Positions 45,939-56,106 of a stretch of DNA of 64,000 nt are shown one piece after another (position 1 is the first letter of the stretch; each line of letters opens with the position of its first letter). The notes below the pieces were generated by a model. The model made no database searches. It saw only the letters and a program-made list of their open reading frames with translations, and was not told where the DNA came from. Position numbers and translations under genes: made by a program. Source of the DNA: Macrostomum lignano. Taxonomy: Eukaryota. The stretch is taken from positions 310,001 through 374,000 of the forward strand of contig NIVC01001101.1 of assembly GCA_002269645.1 (NCBI GenBank). Direction: 5' to 3'.

Positions 45939-48900
45939 CTAGACCAGTCGGATGCGCTTCAGCTGATCGTGGGATGCGGGCGTCAGCGCATAGTGTCCGT
46001 AGGGCAGGCTTCGATTACTGCTAAGCCACACTCGCTTATCCTCCCACACCGATAGGCTTCTTTTCTCCATGACCGACGTGAAGATTTCGTGTTTCTTGGA
46101 AACAATCGCTGTCATGGCAACCATCTGCTCTTGCTTGGACTCGAACGCGTCGACATAGTTCGCATGCGAAATTTGCTGTCTTACTACTGACTGCTTCACG
46201 CCTTTGGCAGTTTTCTTGATCTTTGCACTCGAATTCTCGGCAGGGAGAAACGAATAAAGTTTTGGACGCAAAAGAATCCACTCCTGGTAAATTCCACCAG
46301 CAGATTCATCTTTAACGCAGCCCAAGCTTTCCTTTTAACTCTTCAGAGAAATGCGGATGGTCTCGAGAAATAGTTGGATGTGTCAAGTATTTTTCCTCTC
46401 TAAGCTTCGGGATTACCGTCCGATGTTAAATCACGATTCTTGAAAGCTAGAAAAATGAGTCAGTATCACCTCCGCAAAAGCATCATGTCTCTGGAACCGT
46501 CTGAATGACAGAACAGCGGTCGGAGCCTGTCATATAGTGGCTGTACATGGCCATCTTAGAGAGATCGAGAACTGCCTGGCCAACGAAAATGGCCTTGTCA
46601 GCGTGACTTTATCTTTTTTGAGCTGAAAAATGCTCACGACTCATTGATAATCGAGAATGCGGCACAGTTTGGTCGAGAGGCGCAAGTTTCTGCTTGAGTC
46701 TGGTTAGTGCAAATTCGAACATCGCATCTTTTTCGAACGTTCTCCATAGTTTTTCCAAAGAGAGAATTGTTTTTCAATTTGTAAAAATCCTTAGCAAACT
46801 CGGAAGTTGCCAAAGCTCTTTTTCATTGTTGCTGGCAATGTACGGCGCGAAAATATTTTCCTGCTTGAACGAAATCATTTTTTGACGCACTTGATCCGCA
46901 TTCCGTGTTGCAGGTAAAATCTTAAAACGGTGCTGTGAACTACGTAAGAAATCCTTGTCGGTACAGGTGAGTAGAAGCTTCTCCGTTGCTTGAAACTTAG
47001 CTTCAGCATTGCCAGTTCGCTGTTCAGCAATCTCTTTCCATAGTTCGGCCATGTACGGCGAGAATTGATCTGGCTGTGGTTTTGATTTTTCAGGTGCAAA
47101 CGGTAACTCCTGAGTCGAATCGTGAATCTCAGCTGGGTATTCTAGATCGAGTTGAACAAGGTAGGCGATCTCGGCTTCTGGATTGAGTGACAGAAACCGA
47201 TTGGAGTCCCAGAACTGGATTTTCCTGTTCCGGTACCCACCTGAATTCCCTGCATGGAAGCGGAAGGCGAAGGGCAAAGCCATACAAGTTGTTCATATCG
47301 ATCGGCATGAGGCTTACACTCTCTTGCTGATCATCATAACTGGCAAGCTAGGATTATTACTTTGACGCAAATGCACATTAATGAAGGACATGCCTCCTCG
47401 TATTCGCTTCTCAACAGATGATACATGTCAGCATCAGTCAGCTGCTCTAGAACCACTCCAGTCGACTTTAGAGCTGAGTCGTAAGACAAAACCAGGAGTA
47501 GTAAAGTAGTGTACCGGATCCAATCCGTCTCCTTTCAGACTGGCCTGTCGGAATGTCTCAAAAATGGTCAGCCAGCTGCCTTACATCCATTTCAAGATAG
47601 CGAGCATATAATCCTTCAAACTTTTGCATTGAAATGCCGCCCATGCCGCTCTTGCTCTATTGTAGTCGTCGTCGGAAATTCCCCTATCGGAAAGTCGATT
47701 AAAAAAAGCATCTTTAGGTGGCAAAACCGACTGCTCGAGAATCTCAAATCCTGTGAGGTAATCATATGGGAAAATCCCTTTTTTTCGAAGTAGCTCTCTT
47801 GAAAGATGTGGTCTTGACTCAAGCATTTGCATTGTCAGCTTGCATTCAGCTTCGGGAAGATTAGCAAACAAATTGGACAAACTTCCCTTCAAAAAGCAGA
47901 GCGAGTCGATGAACTGAATTGTAAACATGATTGGCACAACTTTTCCGTTCTTTACGTAACTTGCAACAGGGAATTCCGCCCTTAGTGACAAGTATCGCTC
48001 GGATGATTGCGGAACAACACTAAGTTTCCAATTTTTCATGCTCCCAAGCGCAGTGGAAAGTAGAAGATGAAGGTCGTAGCCGCCTAAGTTGTGAAAAACC
48101 AGGGGCAGAAACCGGCGTCGGAGCTGTGCTCGCAGGTTGCATTCTTGACATGCTGCACCTTTGTACTGTCCATTTAAATGATCGTGGTCAAAATGTTTAT
48201 CTGTAGAACTTTTAAAGTTCTTCTTGCAGTAGTGACATACCTCAGCAGAATTGAAATCATCCATGACGGTCGCGGATGATCGGTCAGCCGGCTGGTGGCT
48301 ATGCTTCTGGTTCCAGTGAAATATATCCTGAGCCAGGCTTTCAAGAGATTTGAGAAAACCAAGGATACACTCATCAGGGTCCGCATTGCAAAAGACCTTG
48401 TACATGTCTCCTTCTGGCCTAAGCGGAGGTCCTGTCATGCCTTCACGAGGCACTGCAAGAAAAGCTGCTGCACATGGTTCATGCTTTGAGATCAGGTTAG
48501 CAGGGTCTGTGTTCGCTCGCAAAATGGCTTCCAGGTCGGCATAGGCAACGAATGGTGGACTGACAGTGTTTTGACAGTTTCGGAACTTTATTTCATTCTG
48601 TCCTGGAACTGGAAGCGTTTCTTTGACAGGATTTTCTGCAGTAATGCTGCATTCGTTCCTGTGCTCTTGAAGCCTCTCGTTGCTATAAAATGATGTTAAA
48701 CATTTCGTGCACCACTTCCTCATGGCGGGACCATTACGACTGTTCATTAACCTGTCAAAATTAGTAATTGCACACCAGTGCTCCGATCCGTAGCTGTCTT
48801 TAACTAGCAAAAGCATGAGGTGTCTTCGGTCATCTGACTCATGCTTGCGGCGACGGAGAAGAGTCACACTGCCCTGCTGCCAAGAGAACGCAGAAATGCA

Positions 48901-49577
48901 AATTCCTGGATTGTTAGACTCGACGCGATCGATATCAGCGACACTCACTGGCATGGAGATTTCTGCAAAGTCCAGCTCACGCAACCATTCATCGTAAGAG
49001 GATATTCTGTTGGGCGATTTCTGAACTTTCGGATCGGCGCTGTGCAGTGCAGCGAGACAGGCGTACAGGAAACAGTCTTTGCCTGTGCTCGGTGGATTGA
49101 TAACAGCCTTTTTGTTCTTCAAACTGGCAGGAAGATTGAATCTAACGGCTCTGCCCTGGCGAAATCGAATTGGATTGTACCTGGCAAGGTTGATGTCTAG
49201 AAAATTAATTTGTTTAATTGTCCAGCCACTGCCGTTCGTATTAATCATACTACAGATCCTCTCCAACTCCTGCTCCTGCTCAATCAACCAGTTGTTTAAA
49301 CGGCCTGCTTCACCACCTAGGTCTAGGGCCTGCATTTTACAGCTTATCCATCTGTCCTCTTCGGCAAGCATCTCCCCATCTCTTATTCGGACCATTCGAA
49401 TATTCGCCTTTAGCTGAACTTTGTAATGATGTCTTGAAATTCTTTGCTGAACTGCCTCAATAATTTTGTCTCCAGCTTGGACAAAAAATTCTGACGGAAG
49501 CGTGTCTGGGTGACTCGATCTGAGCCTCAGTATTTCCAGTGATTGATCATAGGCTTGGGCAACTCTGCTGAAGCTGA
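45939..49577 (-). CDS. Protein-primed family B DNA polymerase (pPolB) with EndoVII-like insert, many frameshifts in 46330-47580
   Basis: GSGW; CF....AALH; YADLE; CHYC...DHDH.NG.Y.G..C..CN; FHNLGGYD; FIDS; KGIFPYDY; IRGG; DMNNLYG; KNNSLFGKTMENVRKR; GDTDS; RPKLY; AKGV; DKR...SLPYGHY. Confidence 0.93.
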
Positions 49578-49818
49578 CTGTTGAACCTGGTTTGTGGTTT
49601 TAGGATAATATTTTTGTTTTTTGCTGCCTATAGTTTCAAATATCAAAGATACTAAACTAAACGTCTGTACCCAAGCATACATGTACAACCCTACCGGTAT
49701 AAAGTCTTTTATCTCCCCTTCTCCCATTCTTTGGACTAAAATTTTAGACTGCATAATATACATCGCATTGATAAGAAAATTTTTAAGTAAGTTGAAAAGG
49801 ATAAATAAAGGCACTTAC

Positions 49819-50254
49819 CTTGGTGTGCATCAGTCACCGACTCGCTGTTGGCTGCTGACTCGCTGCTGGCTGCTGACTCGCTGCTGGCTGCTGACTCGCT
49901 GCTGGCTGCTGACTCGCTGCTGGCTGCTGACTCGCTGCTGGCTGCTGACTCGCTGCTGGCTGCTGACTCGCTGCTGGCTGCCGACTCGCTGCTGGCTGCC
50001 GACTCGCTGCTGGCTGCCGACTCGCTGCTGGCTGCTGACTCGCTGCTGACGTCATGGTCCACCCAAGGGTGGTCATACTCGATCCACGAGTGGTCATCCT
50101 CCATCCACGAGTGGCCATTCTCCATCCACGAGTGGTCATTCTCCATCCATGAGTGGTCATTCTCCATCCATGAGTGGTCATTCTCCATCCATGAGTGGTC
50201 ATTCTCCATCCATGAGTGGTCATTCTCCTGCTCCATCCAGGAGTGCTCAACCAT
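49819..50254 (-). CDS. Repeat-rich exon (MENDHSW and SSESAA repeats), probable 5' exon of pPolB
   Basis: AG|GTAAGT donor at 49818; phase-1 acceptors at 49578 or 49587 join in frame with pPolB. Confidence 0.5.
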
Positions 50255-51141
50255 AGAAAAGGCAAGCAGTTAAAAGCTGACAGTGTTTACTGGCTGCAAC
50301 TGAGTGTCATAAGCAACTGGGAGTGAATATTGGAAATCTTTTTCGTAAGTCTTTATTGCTGCAATACTGGTACAATATCCACACTTACAAGCTAGTAGAT
50401 GCTGGTTATATTTTTTTGGTTCTCCCTTAAGCTAGCTCTCTGCATGCATATTCTATTGATCCCTATTCGTAAAAGTTCGTTTCTATTTGCCTCCTACGCA
50501 GACTCAATCGGTAAAAAATGCAAAATGAAGCCAATAGTTAATTAACAAACCAATCACCGAGTGGAAAAATGCTGACATTATATATATATATATATTTTTT
50601 TAAAAATTATCGAATTCACATGGTGCAATCATAGTCAATAAACAATGCATGGAACAATGAATTACAAATACAGACGAGAGTTTAGAAGCAGAAATATAGC
50701 TGAAAAGTTCAATAATTAAAGAATGAGGAAACACCGCGTCAAAGCAGTAGAAAGAAAATTATACCTAATCAATCGCACCAAGCATACGAAACCATCACCA
50801 ATTTATTGAAAGTATGTTATGTTGATTTTAATTTGTTAAATTCAACTGTATAATGTTTCACCTACTTTTCAAATAATTTTTTTTACCTCGGATACCAAAA
50901 AAATATTGGTTGCCACTACGAGCTACGAGCTTTTTTTAAAACTAATTTGGAAATGAAAACTGAAAACTTATAAGCAAGATTCCTAGAAGCGAATACAGAG
51001 TTATGAGATGATCAAATCATTAATTAATGTACCTACTTCAACTTTAAAAAGCTAGTTGAAATAAAGTTTTAGCAATAATTGCAATAAATGGGTAGATTTC
51101 TCACTCCACACAGAAAGCAAAAAAGTACAAAAATTGCTTAG

Positions 51142-52464
51142 TCACAGCGGCACAATTCTAATACGATTTTCGAAAATCGTTACCTCGTACCCAGCCCCGC
51201 CGACAGGAGGCAGAAAGAAGGCAACTCCAGCTGGCACGGGTGGAGTTTCGGATTGAGAAGCTGGAATTGTAGAGGCTGCAGCTGGGGCGGCTGGAGCAGC
51301 TGGGGCAGCCAGAGCAGCTGGGGCGGCTGGAGCAGCTGGGGCGGCCAGAGCAGCTGGGGCGGCCAGAGCAGCTGGGGCGGCCAGAGCAGCTGGGGCGGCT
51401 GGAGCAGCTGGGGCGGCCAGAGCAGCTGGGGCGGACAGAGCAGCTGGGGCGGCCAGAGCAGCTGGGGCGGCCAGAGCAGCTGGGGCGGCTGGAGCAGCTG
51501 GGGCGGCCGGAGCAGCTGGGGCGGACAGAGCAGCTGGGGCGGCCAGAGCAGCTGGGGCGGCCAGAGCAGCTGGGGCGGCCAGAGCAGCTGGGGCGGCTGG
51601 AGCTGCAGGTGGCACAATTGCATTATGCGACTCATTGTCGCTGCCCTCCTCTTCTAGGATTTCCATTTCGTGGTCGTCTTCAATTAGATGAAGTTGTTTT
51701 CCAGCAATCACCGGAACCGAAGAGACAGGTTGCTGCTGCTGCTGACCAGCGTTGAATTCCCTGAGGAACTGATCCAGGACATCTTCCTCTATGAAGTTTA
51801 TGACAGCAGCAGCCTCGACTCCAGCAGCCTCGACTCCAGCAGCCTCGACTCCAGCAGCCTCGACTCCAGCAGCCTCGACTCCAGCAGCCTCGACTCCAGC
51901 AGCCTCGACTCCAGCAGCCTCGACTCCAGCAGCCTCGACTCCAGCAGCCTCGACTCCAGCAGCCTCGACTCCAGCAGCCTCGACTCCAGCAGCCTCGACT
52001 CCAGCAGCCTCGACTCCAGCAGCCTCGACTCCAGCAGCCTCGACTCCAGCAGACAGCTCAACTTCAAATTCTGCAGCTGCTGAAGACCCGCTTGGCCTCA
52101 TCCTCTTCAATGTAGAGTCAATTACTTGACTCAAGTGAGCTGATAGCAGACTCCTGCTGGCTCCCTTTTTCTGCTGGATCTTCTTTTCTCTCTCGTTGCT
52201 CTTTTTGATGGCGCGGATTACTTTCCAGCGGTTACTTTCTTGCTTTTTCTTGTCATCGCTGACGATCCTGTGTCCTCGATGATATGCTGGAATTTTTCCC
52301 TCCTGCAGAGCTTCGACGGTGCCGCACTGGTCGCATGCCAACCAGCATGAGACCAGACAGTTCTCATTCTCGTGGTGTCTTGGGGACACGCCTCCAAGCA
52401 GGCACACTTCGCAGCTTATACAGACCTCATAGAGGTCTCTATGACAACTTTTAAAAGTTTTCAT
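51142..52464 (-). CDS. 440-aa protein with Cys/His-rich N-terminus and AAGVE / AAPAAL repeat tracts
   Basis: Intact ORF with ATG; CxxCxxC, C...CxxC, H..H; TATATAAG on the same strand ~103 bp upstream. Confidence 0.65.
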   Translation of the reverse strand: MKTFKSCHRDLYEVCISCEVCLLGGVSPRHHENENCLVSCWLACDQCGTVEALQEGKIPAYHRGHRIVSDDKKKQESNRWKVIRAIKKSNEREKKIQQKKGASRSLLSAHLSQVIDSTLKRMRPSGSSAAAEFEVELSAGVEAAGVEAAGVEAAGVEAAGVEAAGVEAAGVEAAGVEAAGVEAAGVEAAGVEAAGVEAAGVEAAGVEAAGVEAAGVEAAAVINFIEEDVLDQFLREFNAGQQQQQPVSSVPVIAGKQLHLIEDDHEMEILEEEGSDNESHNAIVPPAAPAAPAALAAPAALAAPAALAAPAALSAPAAPAAPAAPAAPAALAAPAALAAPAALSAPAALAAPAAPAAPAALAAPAALAAPAALAAPAAPAAPAALAAPAAPAAPAAASTIPASQSETPPVPAGVAFFLPPVGGAGYEVTIFENRIRIVPL

Positions 52465-52566
52465 TTTGAAAGAGAAAGAGTTGTTTTTTAGAAGTAGTAA
52501 GGTTTTTAAAAATCCTTTTATACAATTTTGTTTTTGTCTATTTGTTTATTTGTACTTGCGTGGCTG

Positions 52567-52574
52567 CTTATATA
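52567..52574 (-). promoter_or_regulatory. TATA box (TATATAAG) upstream of 440-aa ORF
   Basis: CTTATATA on plus strand, mirror position to the left-end box. Confidence 0.5.
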
Positions 52575-52924
52575 GTAATTTGTACATGCATGCCCTCTCC
52601 TTATCATATCGTATATGAACATCCAGCCATGCTCAGGTAATAATTACTTTACCGTTATAGAGGCCACCGGCTGTAATTAGTGTATCCCCCCGTCCCCTTA
52701 TCCAGGTAAGCAACACCAGCCGTCCTCTGTGCAGTTGTAAAACTTTATAACCTTACCCTAACACAGAGCACAGAGATTGGCCACCCCTCTTATCTCTGCA
52801 ATGTTTAGCCGTTCCCAATGCACAGAGATAGGATCCTCTCCGCAGTGTATTTTTCCTATATCCTTTTTGCCGCCTATCTCGCCAGTGCTAGTGCGGCAGT
52901 ATCATGAATCGCCTCTATCTCCGC

Positions 52925-53287
52925 AGTGCTTAGCCGTCCCCAATGCACAGAGATAGAGCTCATATCTCTGCAGTGCCTAGCCGTCCCCAATGCACAGAGA
53001 TAGAGCTCATATCTCTGCAGTGCTTAGCCGTCCCCAATGCACAGAGATAGAGCTCATATCTCTGCAGTGCTTAGCCGTCCCCAATGCACAGAGATAGAGC
53101 TCATATCTCTGCAGTGCTTAGCCGTCCCCAATGCACAGAGATAGGGCTCATATCTCTGCAGTGCTTAGCCGTCCCCAATGCACAGAGATAGGGCTCATAT
53201 CTCCGCAGTGTATTTTTCCCTGTACATTTGCATTGCCGCCTATCTCGCCAGTGCTAGTGCGGCAGTATCATAATTCGCCCTACTACT
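52925..53287 (-). repeat. Polinton right TIR with 47-bp array (~6 units)
   Basis: Reverse complement of 36514-~36876, nearly identical. Confidence 0.93.
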
Positions 53288-56106
53288 GTGATGAAAGGCA
53301 GTTTCTGAGAAAAATACAAAATTATAAAGAAACAGTAATGTGCATACACATTCGATTGTCTCGCTCTAACAGACAGCGACGGTTCGCCGACAGGCAATGC
53401 CATATCATACGACTCACTAGTAATGTCAGCTGTGTCGATAGAATGTCATTCGTAGCATAGTCGTCATCCGGAAACAACTGGCTTTCGTTGATCGGCTGCT
53501 GGTAGACCAGAGACGAAGTGAATGGCGTGCCATCTGATGCGCCGGCTCGCGCGGCGATGGCTTTGTCGCGCTGTTGCGTCCACGAAATGCCGACTGCGCT
53601 GGAAACTCTTATCTGATTGTCTTCGCAATCCCGTGTGCCAACGGTAATATCCAACCGACTTGGCGTTGCAGATGTCGCTAGTGCGATGGACGATCGTCCA
53701 ACGGCGTCATCAACTGCGTCGTTCGAAGCAGTGACACCCTCCGAAAACAAGTGGCTGACAAGATTAAGATTACCGACACTCATGGCATGGTCTGTAACGA
53801 CTACTCTCTTGACTTGTTCGAGGATTTATTAACCCTCGGCAAGATTACCGACACTACTCTCTTGACTTGATCTGCTCACGGCTGGTGCAACTGCAAACGC
53901 CTTCGACAAACCAATGGAGCATGCACCGAAAAAAATCGGATTAGCGTCTATCTTAATAGGAAAGCTGCTTTGCATACTGGGCCAGTTGGAGCTATTTGGA
54001 ACCATGCCACAGTCTCCGTCTAGACACCTAGCTGTGCCAAACAATATGGCTGGCTGACTCATGCTTCTAAGCGTCAAAGCCCGTTGACACACTAAGCAGC
54101 TGTGATAGACTACATGCCAGTGGTAGTCAAACCTCTCGCACACAATCAGCGCGCAACAATTTTTCAACAGCCTCACATTACGGACGCTACAGTGCCTCCG
54201 AAAAGCAGATCAACTCACCTTGCAATTTCGAGGCTTTATTACCCCTCGGATTAGATTGACCCGCGTAGTCAAATAAAAGTGACTACTCTTAGCAGCTGCC
54301 TTGAGCCACAACAGACGCGAGGATTGATAACCCCTCGTAGGTCAGCATTTTCAGTCAACTGCTCAACTCTGATTCATCGGTTGAAGCGGGGTTCCATTAT
54401 CCCTCGCTGGTGGCCATACACCAACACTGCAGACGCTTTAGACAACCCAATGGAGCATGCTCTAGCAAGAGCTAGAATAACGTCTGTCGTAAAAAAGAAA
54501 CAGAAAGAAACAGAAAGAAAGAGACTACATGCCATTGGGAGTCAAACCTCTCCGGCACAATAAGAATGCAATAGTTATGGCACTTTATGGCACTTTAACA
54601 TATGACATTACCATATGGCACTTTATCCCTCGCAGGTCAGCATAGCAGCTGCCTTGAGCCACAACAGACGGAAGACCAGTCTTATCCGTAACTTCATCGA
54701 GATTCGGGTCAATGGGAGCTGATCCCTGTGGATTTGCCAGATCACTTGGTCTAGATCACAGAGGAATTCCGACTGAACCCCCAAAATCTCATCCAGAACA
54801 TTTTCAATTGGAAAACCTGAAATTTGGGTCTACAATCAGAACTTAGAAGTGTTCCGGGTGAAAAAATTTTGGAAAATGCAGCCGGAACAGCTTTCCTTTT
54901 TCCCGAACTTTTGCAGGATCACATTTTCCGGAAAAAAGGGACTATTCCGGGCCGAAAATGCTGATCGGGGCCTTCACTTGGAAATCAATTAATAAATCGG
55001 GCCCGGATCACGAAATTCTGGGTGAAAAGTACAACGGGTTCTTACAGACCGGATAACACAAAGGCATCTTGATTGAAATCTTTTTCCATTATCTGCTTTG
55101 CAAACCAGATTCGCATCATGTTATCCGGCAAATTTCAGATTCACACAGGTTTCTTACAAACCAGATAACACACAGTTATCTTTATTTAAATCTTGTACTG
55201 TTATCTGTTTTTCAAACAAAATTCGCACCATTTTATCCTGTAAAATTCCGATTCAAACAAGATTCGATCAACCAAGATAACAGAGAATTATCTGGTGGCG
55301 AATCTTGTACTGTTATCTGTTTTTCAAACAAGATTCGCGCCATGTTATCCTGTAAAATTCAGATAACTCACCAGATAACAGTCAAACAAGAAAACAAAAA
55401 ATTATCTGGTGGTGAATCTTGTCATGTAATCTGATTTCTAAGCAAGATTCGGGCCACTTTATCTGGTGAAATTCAGATAACTCACCAGATAACAGGCAAA
55501 CCAGATAACACTAAAATTACCTGGTGACGAATCTGATGGTTTCACCAGTTTCGCACCTCAAACAAGGAAATCGGTAGTGAATCTGACAAGATTCGAAAAT
55601 TATCTTGTGGTGTTATCTGTTTTATTTATCAGAAGGAATCCACCACTAAGTATCACCCTAATCCCTCGTTAGTCCACCAGCAATGTTTGCGCAATGCACA
55701 CTCGCTGCTAGGCCAGACCCGCTCCAACCCCCACCCACACGTAGCAGTAAATTTTGAGATTAGAAATGATAAATAAGCGAATAAGCAGTGAAATAGAAAT
55801 TATGTGACAGCGGAAGCTGCAGATGAGAAATAAAATAATCAAACAGTCCGTGGCAAGGCCGTGAAAGAAGCTTTCACTCATTTATTAATTATGACACAGA
55901 GCCGTCATCGGACACGAACTAAAAACGTCACCGACAAATATTTTATTGTCTGTTGAATATTTCAACTTGTTTTTTTCCTAGAAATTTATTATTATTATTT
56001 GTCACCTGTAAAACGGAATTTCACGAAATGGAACATAAAATGGAGCGGCAAAAGTCGCGAGTTCGTCATGCCGTACCGATACAGCGAGTTGCTAGTTTTG
56101 CCTCCG

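Larger units (their letters stand above)
36514..53287. mobile_element. Full-length Polinton/Maverick (endogenous polintovirus), 16774 bp
   Basis: AGTAGTAGGGCG...CGCCCTACTACT termini; 6-bp TSD GTGATG (36508-36513 / 53288-53293); ~360-bp TIRs; INT, mCP, MCP, protease, ATPase and pPolB genes. Confidence 0.97.
35770..55636. mobile_element. Unclassified TIR DNA transposon (~3.1 kb without cargo) hosting the Polinton
   Basis: 37-bp TIRs (35770-35806 / 55600-55636, 33/37 match, CCTT...AAGG); subterminal AGATAAC/GTTATCT arrays at both ends; interrupts a 34-bp satellite unit (CGTTAA|AATCCACC). Confidence 0.78.
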
